64,000 nt of DNA, taken from positions 608,001 to 672,000 of the forward strand of contig JBFWJS010000001.1 of assembly GCA_050253075.1 (NCBI GenBank). Reading direction: 5' to 3'. How positions within the stretch are numbered: the stretch's first letter is position 1; each line of letters begins with the position of its first letter. Below are positions 1 to 9,859 of this stretch, one piece after another. This DNA is from Deferribacterales bacterium. Its GTDB lineage: Bacteria > Chrysiogenota > Deferribacteres > Deferribacterales > Geovibrionaceae. The position numbers were made by a program, and so were the translations under genes. The notes under the pieces were generated by a model. It was not told where the DNA came from. It saw nothing but the letters and a program-made list of their open reading frames with translations, and ran no database searches.

Positions 1-408
1 AAACCAGGCTTGCCAGCAGCGAAAGTCTCCTCCGCTGACGACAGTTTGGTTCGGGATGTTGATCTGGTAAGCATAACCCGCAGTGCAACGAAAGAGACAC
101 TGAATAAGAAAGTATATGACCGCACTGTGGAGTTCGAAGTTGAACTGCTGCATAAGACGACTGAAGAGGCCGAAGACCTCGGACTGGCGGTGCTGGCGGC
201 ACTGCCTAGCAGAAAGGTTATCGGTGATGTCCGAGTGGATATAAAGGCCGAGAAGATGCAGCGTAAAGTATTCGCAGAAAACAAGCTGATGCGTGTGAAG
301 GATGCAAAGGTGGTGCTGGTGATAAAGATCACGCTGCCAGTGATCCAAACCACAGAACGCCAGCTGATAACAACAATAGATATCACACCTAAATATACGG
401 AGGTATGA
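1..408 (+). CDS. Phage protein upstream of sheath (tail completion/terminator-like), 5'-partial
   Basis: Frame open from base 1; position two genes before the sheath; function inferred from synteny only. Confidence 0.5.
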   Translation, partial: KPGLPAAKVSSADDSLVRDVDLVSITRSATKETLNKKVYDRTVEFEVELLHKTTEEAEDLGLAVLAALPSRKVIGDVRVDIKAEKMQRKVFAENKLMRVKDAKVVLVIKITLPVIQTTERQLITTIDITPKYTEV

Positions 409-409
409 C

Positions 410-721
410 ATGGCAAAAAAGCCTGAAGGTGTAACACCTGAAGATGAAAAAACAACAGGACAGCAATCTGATGAATCGCAAGCTCAGGCTGGGCAGACGG
501 CTCCAAAAGATGAGAAGCCGGTTAAGAAATCATCCAGTAAAAAGAAGGATGCAGCTGAAAAGCTGGTAGATGTCGCTGAGCTGGGCAAAGAGTTGCCAGT
601 CTGGAAGCTGACAGGCATCCTGACTATGAAACAGTGGAAGCCTGGCAAGCAGGTTTCTGAAGCAGAATTTCAGGCTGCTGTGGAGCAGTTTGAAAACCGC
701 AGTATAGGCAGAGGTAGATAA
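410..721 (+). CDS. Phage hypothetical protein
   Basis: GGAGG RBS, ATG 1 nt after the upstream stop; low-complexity N-terminus. Confidence 0.7.
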   Translation: MAKKPEGVTPEDEKTTGQQSDESQAQAGQTAPKDEKPVKKSSSKKKDAAEKLVDVAELGKELPVWKLTGILTMKQWKPGKQVSEAEFQAAVEQFENRSIGRGR

Positions 722-723
722 TT

Positions 724-2403
724 ATGAATGATGTAATTGAATATATCGTTGACGGCACGAGCGGCCTGGCACCTGGAGACGTTTCCGGTAGTGCAATGAT
801 CGTGGGCGTATGCTCCGCCGGAACAGTGGGTAAAGCTTATCTGCTGGGTAAGAGTTCAGATTTATCCGGATTGCTCGGAGCCGGCCCTCTTGTTGATGCT
901 CTACGTGATGTTTTCGCCACTGGCGGACAGGAAGCGTATGTTGTCGCTGTGCCTTGCTCCGGAGTGAGCGGTGCATACATCACAGACATTACCCATGTGG
1001 GCGGGGGCAGTGAGGCCACAGTAAGCGGTGTGGCCGCTGAGAATGCAGATGTTGTGATCAGTGTAGTATCCGGCGGTGTGCTGGGTGTTGCAACTGTAAA
1101 GGTGTCTGTTGATGGCGGTGAGAACTTTGGCTCTGACCAGCAGGTAGCTGCAGACGGCATATTGCCTCTGACAGACCAGGGCGCAAATGTTGTCTTTGTC
1201 GGTGATCTCGTGACGGACGACACATACAGCTTTGCTGTGCGTACCGCCATAGGCCCTGTGGCGCATGTAGGTACCGGTCCTGATATCACTGTGGCTGGAA
1301 CTGTAACTATGGGTGCCGATATCATCCTTCAGATAACATCTGCAGGTGGGCTGAATGAAGGTACATATCAGCTCTCCCTCGATGGCGACAGCTTTGGACT
1401 GGAAAGAACTATCCCTGCCGACGGTCTGATCAGTGTCGGTGACACTGGTGTGACTATCACATTCCCTGATGAAGACGCTGTACAGGGGGACACTTATACA
1501 TTCCGTCTGATGGCTCCTGTGCCTTCGGTCTCTATGGTGATAGATGCTATCGAACAACCGCTGGAGACTTTCGATGTAGAGAACATCCTCGTTGTCGGCC
1601 CTACAGACAGTGTGGACTGGGCGAGCTTTGGCGCATATGCAGATGAGCTTTGGAATAAACACAGGCCGACATACTTCATCACTGCTGCCAGGATGCCTTA
1701 TGACAATGAAGACATTGATGACTGGGCGGCTGCACTGATCAATGAAGCCAGTGAATACTCTCACAGGTTTGTCAGTGTATGTGCAGCATGGGGAGAGATC
1801 AGCGACACTGAAGGATACACCCAGAGACGTAATGCAGCTGGTCTGCTCCAGGGCAGAATACTTTCTATCCCTGTTGTACGCTCCATCGGCCGTGTGCGTG
1901 ATGCTGCTGTTTCTCAGCTGGCTCTGCCTGATGGGTATAATGAAAGCCATGTGACTGCACTGGCAAACGCAGGCTATACCGTTGCTAAGAAGTATGCAGG
2001 TCTGAACGGTACATACTGGGAAGATGCTAAAACACTGGCTGATGCAACATCAGACTATATCTATCTGCGTGTGGTCAGGACTGTATTTAAAGCTATACGC
2101 CTGGCGAGGATCGCCGCTCTGAAGAGTATGTATGACGAGGTGGGAGATCCTCTCCGCCCTGAAGGTGCTGCGGGGCTGAACTATCTGAAAGCGAATATCG
2201 AAAGTGCAGTGGGAACAATGTCTGCGGCGGTACCGCAGGAGCTTGCAGACTGTATCGCTTCATTCCCTGCAGGTCAGGATATTGTGAATAACGGTGTGGC
2301 TACTGAGCTGGAGCTGATCGGTATACCTGTCATCGGTAAGATCAAGATCTTTGCTAAGTATATGTATGCCGGCAGCGCATTTGATCCGAGACTGGAGGTA
2401 TAG
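724..2403 (+). CDS. Phage tail sheath protein (DUF2586-like)
   Basis: 559 aa directly before a tube-sized gene; sheath-like C-terminus (Y..LRVVRTVFKA.R). Confidence 0.85.
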   Translation: MNDVIEYIVDGTSGLAPGDVSGSAMIVGVCSAGTVGKAYLLGKSSDLSGLLGAGPLVDALRDVFATGGQEAYVVAVPCSGVSGAYITDITHVGGGSEATVSGVAAENADVVISVVSGGVLGVATVKVSVDGGENFGSDQQVAADGILPLTDQGANVVFVGDLVTDDTYSFAVRTAIGPVAHVGTGPDITVAGTVTMGADIILQITSAGGLNEGTYQLSLDGDSFGLERTIPADGLISVGDTGVTITFPDEDAVQGDTYTFRLMAPVPSVSMVIDAIEQPLETFDVENILVVGPTDSVDWASFGAYADELWNKHRPTYFITAARMPYDNEDIDDWAAALINEASEYSHRFVSVCAAWGEISDTEGYTQRRNAAGLLQGRILSIPVVRSIGRVRDAAVSQLALPDGYNESHVTALANAGYTVAKKYAGLNGTYWEDAKTLADATSDYIYLRVVRTVFKAIRLARIAALKSMYDEVGDPLRPEGAAGLNYLKANIESAVGTMSAAVPQELADCIASFPAGQDIVNNGVATELELIGIPVIGKIKIFAKYMYAGSAFDPRLEV

Positions 2404-2405
2404 AA

Positions 2406-2831
2406 ATGATAAACGGCGTTATGTATGACTGGGAGTCTGTGGAGATACAGCTCCCGAACGGCACAGCGTATGGTGTGACAGAGATATCATATGATGACGA
2501 GCAGGCGATAGAGGCTCGTTACGGTAAAGGCTCAAAACCAAGAGGCTATGGACGGGGGAACTATAAGGGTTCCGGTTCGATGACTATGGACAGAGACGAG
2601 TATGAGAGGCTGAGAAAGTCACTCGGCGGATCTGTGTATAAGGCAGATCCTTTCCCTGTCGTTTCAAGCTATGGGAACGATGATCAGCCCACTGTTACTG
2701 ATACATTACCAAAATGTAAGATTACAAAGCAGTCCACATCATCTAAGCAGGGTGAATCGAAAGCCAGTGAGATGAAGCTGGACTTTGAGATACTGGAGCC
2801 GATCAAGTGGGACGGCGAGTCCGCATACTAA
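2406..2831 (+). CDS. Phage tail tube protein
   Basis: 141 aa, MING..YDW start and YG.G..P.GYGRGNY motif, immediately after sheath. Confidence 0.8.
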   Translation: MINGVMYDWESVEIQLPNGTAYGVTEISYDDEQAIEARYGKGSKPRGYGRGNYKGSGSMTMDRDEYERLRKSLGGSVYKADPFPVVSSYGNDDQPTVTDTLPKCKITKQSTSSKQGESKASEMKLDFEILEPIKWDGESAY

Positions 2832-2851
2832 ACATATAAAAGGAGACAAAC

Positions 2852-3166
2852 ATGAATGAGAAGAAACCGGAAGGAAAAGACGAGAAGCAGTATCTGCCGC
2901 TGGAAGCAAGTTTTGAGAACTGGGCAGAGGAAACTATTGAGGTAACATTCCGTTTTGCGAAGCCTTCGAAGGCGAAGATCGAGCATACAAATGCGGCTAT
3001 ACAGAAAGATAAAGGGACAAAGGCTATCAGGAACTTTCTGGTCGGCCTTATACATCCAGATGAATCAGAAAAGTTCATCGAATATCTTGATGAATACCCA
3101 GGCCTTGTACAGTCATTCTCAGACGCAATATACCGCAAGCTGGGCTTTCAAAGCGTGGGAAAGTAA
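2852..3166 (+). CDS. Tail assembly chaperone (short form)
   Basis: AAGGAG RBS; lies between tube and tape measure; ends G GGA AAG TAA. Confidence 0.8.
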   Translation: MNEKKPEGKDEKQYLPLEASFENWAEETIEVTFRFAKPSKAKIEHTNAAIQKDKGTKAIRNFLVGLIHPDESEKFIEYLDEYPGLVQSFSDAIYRKLGFQSVGK

Positions 3167-3339
3167 TACAGCAGAAAAAGCAGGAGCTGGGCTTTTTCGG
3201 ACAGCAGGACGCACTGATAAAGCAATGGCTGCATGAACCGCCTGCAGAAGACTTTGAAGTCTATACAACGCAGGCGGCTCAGGCTGCTTTTCTGGAAGAG
3301 AGATTCTTTAAACAATTAAACAGCAGTAGAGAAGGTTAG
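2852..3339 (+). CDS. Tail assembly chaperone long form via programmed -1 frameshift (lambda gpGT-like)
   Basis: Slippery GGGAAAG at 3157-3163; -1 frame is open (VIQQKKQELGFFGQQDALIKQWLHE...REG) to TAG at 3337-3339. Confidence 0.85.
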
Positions 3340-3341
3340 AT

Positions 3342-5750
3342 ATGGTCGGCAAGAGCATGGTTTTGAACAGTGTCTTCAGTTTGACAGACATGATATCAGG
3401 CCCGCTGAAAAGGATACAGAGCAGCATGAACAACACTGAGCGGGCAGGCAATAGCCTGACCGCTAAGATGATGAAGCTGACAAAGAGCTTTGCTCTGGTG
3501 GCTGCGGCTGCCGGAGTCATCGTTGGCTCTATGTGGTCTCTGGCATCGTCAACCATAGAGACTCAGAGCCGTCTGGGTGAACTGGCATCTGTCGGGATCA
3601 CGAACATGGCGGCTCTGGAAACTGCTGCTACTGACTTTTCAAACAACTTTGCCGGAAGTACGAAGGCGGACTTTCTGGCTGCTGCATATGACATAAAGTC
3701 CGGTATATCTTCGCTGAGTGATGAAGGTGTAGCGGAGTTTACGGCACTGGCCGGTGCGACTGCGAAAGCGACAAAGGCGACTATCGGAGAGATGACATCT
3801 CTGTTTGCCACCGGTTATGGAATATATAAGGGGCAGTATGCCCAGATGAGCGACATTGAGTTTGGCTCTCTGTTTTCATCCGGTATAGCTGCATCTGTGC
3901 AGGGGTTTAAGACTACTGGTGCGGAGATGTCCGCAGCGATCACGTCTATAGGCGCCGCTGCAACAAATGCACAAGTTCCTCTTCAGGAACAGTTATCTGT
4001 GCTGGGTATGCTGCAGGCAACTATGAGCGGCTCGGAAGCGGGTACGAAATATCGTGCATTTATCGCTAAGGCTGCCGGAGCAGGTAAAGACCTGGGGCTG
4101 TCTTTTATGGATGCTAATAATACTCTGCGGTCTATGCCTGAAATACTGACTGCTCTGAAGAGTAAATATGGAGAGACAATAGACGCAGTAGAAAAGATGC
4201 AGCTGACAAAGGCATTTGGTACTGAGGAGGCTGTGGCCCTGATAGATCTGCTGTACTCAAAAGTCGGCGATCTGCAGACGAACATCGGCAGCCTGGACTC
4301 TGCTATGAAATCTGGCAAGGCTTTTACTCTGGATATGGCAAAGGCCATGAATGACCACCTGGGAGCGAATATACAAAAGGCAGGTCAGCAGGTGCATAAC
4401 CTGGCGGAGATAGTCGGCGGAATATTTGCCCCGATGTTTAACACTGTGGTGAACGGCTTTTCGGGTGTTGCTATGTGGCTTCAGAAGGTGGCGACTGCTG
4501 TTGCCTCCAGTTCTATCGGCAGAGGCTTTTTAAACATTGCTCTTGTGGCTTCGCTCGCTGTTGTCGGGTTGTTTGCTTTTTCAGCTGCGACTGCTGCGGC
4601 CAGCTTTGCTATGCCTATGCTGACAGCGGCGCTTGCCCCTGTGGTTGCGATGATCGGTGCTATCAGCTGGCCAATATGGCTGGCTGTGGGTGCGGTGATC
4701 GGGCTGTATATAGCTTTTAAAAAGAACTTTGGCGGGATGGCAGACAGTGTGAAGGGGTGGTGGAATAATATCAGCCTGACCTTCAGAGGTGTTACTGCGA
4801 TATTCCGCAGCCTGGAAGACGGTGTGGGAACTATCAAGGGTGAGCTGGCCACAGACATAAAGGCGGCCGGACTTGTCAATGCGGTGACTACTATCGCCAA
4901 GATCGTCTACAGGATCAAAGAGCTTTTTGCAGGGATATATGAGCCTATCGCTGCAACATTTGCATCTCTGGCACCAGTGTTTTCTGATGCATTTGGCCCT
5001 TTGTGGAGTCTGCTGAAGGGTGTGGGCTCAATGATAGGCTGGGTAGCTGAGAAGCTAGGACTGATGACTGCGGGAACAGATGTCAGTGGATGGCGGACAT
5101 TTGGCAATGTGATAGGTATGGTTATGTCCGGTGTTGTACAGCTGATTATGCTGCCGATCCACGCTATCTCAATCCTGATGAACGCTTCTAAGGCTCTGGC
5201 TGCTGCTCCTATGGCTGTTGTTGATGCCTTTTTAAACATGATCGCTTCTGTGAAAAACTTCTTTGCAAATTTGAACCTGGCGGAGTCCGGGGCGAAGATG
5301 GTTACCACTCTGGTGGACGGGATAAAGTCTAAGATAATGGCACCTGTGGAGGCTGTGAAAGGCGGCTTTATGAAGCTGCGCAACCTGTTGCCTTTTTCGG
5401 ATGCCAAAGAGGGGCCCCTTTCACAACTGACAAAATCCGGAAGTAAGATAATGAGCACTCTGGCTGTGGGTGTTGTTGCGGAATCACCTGTGCTGTCGGC
5501 TGCTATGGAGAAAGGTTTTAACTCTCTGCCTGGTGTTTCCCAGGCTATGCCTGCGGAAGCTCAACATCTGGAAATGCCGGCGAGTGTGCCGACTCCCGGA
5601 GAACAGCAAATAAACCTGAAACAAGAAAAGTCAGACAAGTCTGCTAAGGGCGGCTTGACTGTTACTATACAACAATTAAATCTGCCTGGGGTGACTGATG
5701 TGAATGACTTCATCGCTGCCCTGCAGGCAATGGTGGTGGAAAATGCCTGA
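3342..5750 (+). CDS. Phage tail tape measure protein
   Basis: 802 aa, Ala/Gly-rich, GSEAGT motif, hydrophobic central segment, P.SDAKEGPLS near the C-terminus. Confidence 0.92.
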   Translation: MVGKSMVLNSVFSLTDMISGPLKRIQSSMNNTERAGNSLTAKMMKLTKSFALVAAAAGVIVGSMWSLASSTIETQSRLGELASVGITNMAALETAATDFSNNFAGSTKADFLAAAYDIKSGISSLSDEGVAEFTALAGATAKATKATIGEMTSLFATGYGIYKGQYAQMSDIEFGSLFSSGIAASVQGFKTTGAEMSAAITSIGAAATNAQVPLQEQLSVLGMLQATMSGSEAGTKYRAFIAKAAGAGKDLGLSFMDANNTLRSMPEILTALKSKYGETIDAVEKMQLTKAFGTEEAVALIDLLYSKVGDLQTNIGSLDSAMKSGKAFTLDMAKAMNDHLGANIQKAGQQVHNLAEIVGGIFAPMFNTVVNGFSGVAMWLQKVATAVASSSIGRGFLNIALVASLAVVGLFAFSAATAAASFAMPMLTAALAPVVAMIGAISWPIWLAVGAVIGLYIAFKKNFGGMADSVKGWWNNISLTFRGVTAIFRSLEDGVGTIKGELATDIKAAGLVNAVTTIAKIVYRIKELFAGIYEPIAATFASLAPVFSDAFGPLWSLLKGVGSMIGWVAEKLGLMTAGTDVSGWRTFGNVIGMVMSGVVQLIMLPIHAISILMNASKALAAAPMAVVDAFLNMIASVKNFFANLNLAESGAKMVTTLVDGIKSKIMAPVEAVKGGFMKLRNLLPFSDAKEGPLSQLTKSGSKIMSTLAVGVVAESPVLSAAMEKGFNSLPGVSQAMPAEAQHLEMPASVPTPGEQQINLKQEKSDKSAKGGLTVTIQQLNLPGVTDVNDFIAALQAMVVENA

Positions 5751-6273
5751 GAATGAGAAAAAGAGACTGGTATTCGAAGACGGGATAGTTACGCTGGATA
5801 GTGAGCCTCTGCCGGGCATACTTGTTAGTGCCAGCGTTGGCTCTGAGGTCATATGGGATGATGCGAAGGAAGACGGGATGAGCGGTAAGAAACGTGTGGC
5901 GATGGGATGGGATGATGCGAGTGTGAACATCGTTGTTGACCTTTTGACTGAGGACGACAGTGACTGTTATGACAAGCTGCGTGTACTTGATAAGACATTT
6001 AAGGGGCATGATAATAAGGGCCTGCCACAGGTATATGCTGTGCGGAACAGGCACACTCTGGCCAGAGGTATAAACAACGTGGCCTTTGACAGGCTGGAGA
6101 GTGCGGAGGATGACCAGACAGACATTATCCGCTGTACGCTGCGCTTCACAGAACATATCCCTGCTGTTGTGAAGATGGAAAGTGAAACAGCTGCTAACTC
6201 AGCAGCTCCGCAGGATACGACACAGAAGACTGATCCAAAGCTAGATGAAACAATAACAGCAAATGTGAAGTAA
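5743..6273 (+). CDS. Phage tail/baseplate protein (tube-initiator-like position)
   Basis: ATG at 5743 overlaps tape measure stop; synteny. Confidence 0.6.
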   Translation: MPENEKKRLVFEDGIVTLDSEPLPGILVSASVGSEVIWDDAKEDGMSGKKRVAMGWDDASVNIVVDLLTEDDSDCYDKLRVLDKTFKGHDNKGLPQVYAVRNRHTLARGINNVAFDRLESAEDDQTDIIRCTLRFTEHIPAVVKMESETAANSAAPQDTTQKTDPKLDETITANVK

Positions 6274-7073
6274 TGAACTACAGCGGCATAATCACAGAAA
6301 TACAGCTAGGCAGCCTGAAGGTAAGCCGTGCTCCGGAGATAACTATCCGCCACGACAGATACCGCCCAGTGTCGATATGCTATATCACTCTGGCTGACCC
6401 GACAGGCTCTATGTATCGCACTGTGTCTGTAGATGATGCCGTGAGCCTTTTATATGGATACCGAGACGGAGCGAAAGCGACATGGAGCGGCACGATAACA
6501 TATCTGCAGAGGGGGAAAGATAAGCTGTACCTCACATGCTCTGATGCCGGCAGAGATGCTCTGAAAACATACATGACAGAATACTGGATGGATGAATCAC
6601 CGGCGGCGATAGTGCGTGCTGCCCTGGGGAAACTGGGGGGCATCGGAACTGTGCAGGATATGGACATCACCCTGCCATCATTTACTGCATCGAACATCAG
6701 CATATATGACCTGATCCGCAAGGTGGAGCACACTATGCAGCAGGGCTTTGATGTGGATGTATCACAGTATGCGCTCTTTATAGATGAGTCCGGAGTATGG
6801 AACTGGGGCGAGCATGGACTTGACGGTGAGATACCTGTTATCGCCAGTCAGAACGGTCTGATAGCGCATAACCCTGACATAGACGGATACGCAGGTAAGA
6901 AGACTGTGGAGACATGGCTTGTCCCTGGGTTTACCCATAGCAGACAGTTTAAGCTGAAGGATACATATGCCGGAGTGGACGGCTCATTTATGGCGGATGT
7001 TGTCTGCCATGTATTTAAGCAGCGGAATGTAAGGACGTTCATAAACTATGGAGGCGGCTATGGAAAGTTCTGA
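6273..7073 (+). CDS. Baseplate hub-like protein
   Basis: TAATG coupling; position before the spike gene. Confidence 0.6.
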   Translation: MNYSGIITEIQLGSLKVSRAPEITIRHDRYRPVSICYITLADPTGSMYRTVSVDDAVSLLYGYRDGAKATWSGTITYLQRGKDKLYLTCSDAGRDALKTYMTEYWMDESPAAIVRAALGKLGGIGTVQDMDITLPSFTASNISIYDLIRKVEHTMQQGFDVDVSQYALFIDESGVWNWGEHGLDGEIPVIASQNGLIAHNPDIDGYAGKKTVETWLVPGFTHSRQFKLKDTYAGVDGSFMADVVCHVFKQRNVRTFINYGGGYGKF

Positions 7074-7719
7074 GCTGAAGGCTCTGCTGAAGAAAGTAAT
7101 AGAGATCGCAATGCCTAACCTCCGTAAATACTACAGAGTCGTGCGGAAAGCAAAGGTTGTGGCGACATATGCCAGTAATGGGAAGTATTACTGCGATGTG
7201 CAGCCGATGCGTAATGATGAGTCTGTGGATGATGATGAGCCTGTGCTGAAGCGTGTGGAGATACCTGTCATATGGGCAGGATCTGCCAGGGGGATTATCT
7301 GCCCGCCTGCTGTCGGCAGCCATTGCGACCTTGAATATTATGACGGGGATCCATCATTCCCCAGAATATCAAACTTCCGCTGGCATGAGAACGGAGCACC
7401 CTCGGCAGCTGTGGACGAGCTGATCATCCAGCAGCAGGACGGAGTGTATATCCGGATATGTGCGAACAAGGATGTTGAAGTGAAGACTTCGGGAAACATA
7501 AAAGCTGAAGGCAAAGAGATTACCTTGAAAGCTGAGACTAAAATCATATTAGATGCCCCATTGGTTGATGCTTCGGCAGAGGTTAAGGCTGCGGGTAATA
7601 TGACATCTGCGGGTACTATGAAAGGTGCTGAAGTTGAAAATGGTGAAGGTAAGAAACTCGGAACACACAGGCACCCTATAACTGACGGTGCTGACTACAC
7701 AGGGCAGGCAGTATCATGA
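7060..7719 (+). CDS. Baseplate spike (gpV/gp45-like)
   Basis: OB-fold-like N-terminus, beta-repeat region, C-terminal HxH metal site (GTHRHP). Confidence 0.8.
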   Translation: MESSELKALLKKVIEIAMPNLRKYYRVVRKAKVVATYASNGKYYCDVQPMRNDESVDDDEPVLKRVEIPVIWAGSARGIICPPAVGSHCDLEYYDGDPSFPRISNFRWHENGAPSAAVDELIIQQQDGVYIRICANKDVEVKTSGNIKAEGKEITLKAETKIILDAPLVDASAEVKAAGNMTSAGTMKGAEVENGEGKKLGTHRHPITDGADYTGQAVS

Positions 7720-8129
7720 ATGAAGATGTGAAAGATATCTATGTAGATGAAAACCTAACACCTGCTGTTACTGCCCAGGGTGAAGTGCTCATGGTGTCCG
7801 GTGTGCAGGTGATACTTCAGGATATAGCTCTGCGGCTGAAGACTCCGCTGGGTAGTTTGTTTTATGACGAAGAGTTCGGCAGCCTACTTTACCTCTTTAA
7901 AAACGATGAGAATACCGCTGTGAACAGGCAGGCGATCATAGCAGAGATAGAAAACAGAATAGACCTTGATACTCGTGTGATCCCTCTCTCTGTATCTGCC
8001 AGTGTTATCAGCTGGGATAAGGAAGGGATCAGCGTGAGTGCCAGCTTTAGGCTGTATGAGACGGAGACAGAATACTTTATGCATATAAGCATAGGGGATG
8101 ATATAAACGTGGTGGTGCAAGATGCCTGA
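7716..8129 (+). CDS. Baseplate wedge protein (gp25/gpW-like)
   Basis: RLKTPLGSLFYDEEFGS and D.RV motifs. Confidence 0.8.
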   Translation: MNEDVKDIYVDENLTPAVTAQGEVLMVSGVQVILQDIALRLKTPLGSLFYDEEFGSLLYLFKNDENTAVNRQAIIAEIENRIDLDTRVIPLSVSASVISWDKEGISVSASFRLYETETEYFMHISIGDDINVVVQDA

Positions 8130-9216
8130 AATACCAATAGATAAGACACTGGAAGATGTACGATCAGAAGTATATGAGAAAGTCGAGGAACAGCAGCAGG
8201 CTGATGGCCTGCCTAGAAAGCTGAACCTGAACAGAGGGCCTATACGTGGCCTTATAGAGCTTTTTAGCTGGGGGTTGTATCAGCTGTATCTCTTCCTGGC
8301 ATCTATCCTGAAACAGGCTTTCCCGTCCACCGCATCCGGAACATGGCTTGACCTGCACTGTAAGCAAGTCGGGATAACCAGAAAGGCTGCGACAAAGGCG
8401 ACAGGTAATGTGACTGTGACACGATCTCAGGCGGGGAATATTAGAATACCTGCAGGTAAAATATTCCGCACAGAGCCTGATGCTACTGGGCAGATATACC
8501 GCTTTGTGACCACTGAGGCTGTTGTGCTGCCTGATGGGACTGACAGTATAACTGTGCCTGTGGCGGCTGAAGAGTACGGACAGAACGGCAATGTCGTAGC
8601 TGGTATGATCTCTGTGATCGTGACATCTATCACAGGTATTGCCAGTGTGACAAATCTTTCGGACTGGCTGACATCTGAAGGCCGAGACAAAGAGACTGAT
8701 GATGAGCTGAGGGAGCGTTATTTCCTCGCATGGAAAGCTACTAATGGCTGTACAAAATACGCATATGAGAGCTGGGCTCTTGGAATCTCCGGCGTGGAGT
8801 CTGTGAAGATCCTTGACCAGCATCCACGTGGCCAGGGGACTGTTGATGTTATCGTTAAAGGTACTGCTGGCGCACCGACAGAGACGACACTGAGTGCTGT
8901 CGAGGCTGTTGTGGACACAAATAAGCCTGTTAATGATGATACAGAAGTACGTGGGCCGGAGATATCTAATGTTGTGATAGAGATCAGTCTGACACTCTCA
9001 TCCGGAGATCAGGCAACTGCTGTCGATGATGTAAAGGATATTATTAATGCTTACTTTAAAGATACTATAGACATCGGGACATCATTCACAAAGCAAAGGC
9101 TTACACAGCTGGCTATGTTGGAGAATGTGTCTGCCGTTACTATCACTCAGCCTGCTAATGATGTGTCTGTGGACTCTGATGGACTTGTGATCCTTCAGAG
9201 CCTGAGTGTGAGCTAA
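8122..9216 (+). CDS. Baseplate J-like protein
   Basis: TASG.WLD, G.D.ETDDELRER, RGQGTVDV motifs. Confidence 0.9.
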   Translation: MPEIPIDKTLEDVRSEVYEKVEEQQQADGLPRKLNLNRGPIRGLIELFSWGLYQLYLFLASILKQAFPSTASGTWLDLHCKQVGITRKAATKATGNVTVTRSQAGNIRIPAGKIFRTEPDATGQIYRFVTTEAVVLPDGTDSITVPVAAEEYGQNGNVVAGMISVIVTSITGIASVTNLSDWLTSEGRDKETDDELRERYFLAWKATNGCTKYAYESWALGISGVESVKILDQHPRGQGTVDVIVKGTAGAPTETTLSAVEAVVDTNKPVNDDTEVRGPEISNVVIEISLTLSSGDQATAVDDVKDIINAYFKDTIDIGTSFTKQRLTQLAMLENVSAVTITQPANDVSVDSDGLVILQSLSVS

Positions 9217-9219
9217 GTT

Positions 9220-9858
9220 ATGTTTTTTCAATATTTTTCAAAGACTTTAAAATTCCCATTCCTTTCTGCAGGGAGTGCGATCACTAGCCTGGTGAAAGGT
9301 ATGGCTGCTGTGTTGGATGACATGGTGGACGTTCTCTACTGGCTACGGAAGCAGTTTATGCCGTCTGAGTGTGAGGAACAATACCTTCGCCGCTTTGCTG
9401 AAAGCAGGTCTATAAAGCGTTATTCATTTGAGTCTGCAGAACAGTACAGAGACCGTATCTTCGGAGCTTATATATTCTATGCTCTTGCTGGGCGAGTGGA
9501 CGGAATCAAGGCGATATTTGAGATGTATGGCCTTGATGTTGCCGTGCAGAGTCTGCGGGATGAAGACCCTGAAAGATGGGCTGAGTTTTACCTTATATTT
9601 GCGTCTGTGTCTGCAGACGTATTAACCAGAAACACTGAATATATAGAGATTATAAATGATGTTAAGCCCGCCCGCAGCAAGCTGGCAGGGATTAAATATA
9701 ATATGGATATAGATGGGGACGTGTACGTGGCCTCTGGGCTTCAGACCAGCTCAATATGTATTGTTCAGCCTGCGGAGCTTGAAGATATATATGTGGATAC
9801 AGCTGCGTATCTTTCTGGGTATATCCATACCGTTAGCAAAGTAATAATCGGAGGGTAA
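9220..9858 (+). CDS. Phage tail protein (P2 gpI-like)
   Basis: INDVKPARS motif; position after J. Confidence 0.75.
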   Translation: MFFQYFSKTLKFPFLSAGSAITSLVKGMAAVLDDMVDVLYWLRKQFMPSECEEQYLRRFAESRSIKRYSFESAEQYRDRIFGAYIFYALAGRVDGIKAIFEMYGLDVAVQSLRDEDPERWAEFYLIFASVSADVLTRNTEYIEIINDVKPARSKLAGIKYNMDIDGDVYVASGLQTSSICIVQPAELEDIYVDTAAYLSGYIHTVSKVIIGG

Positions 9859-9859
9859 T

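Noticed and set aside
2955..3236. 93-aa alternative-frame ORF overlapping the tail chaperone
   Set aside because: It is in the +1 frame without an RBS; the -1 frameshift product explains the region better
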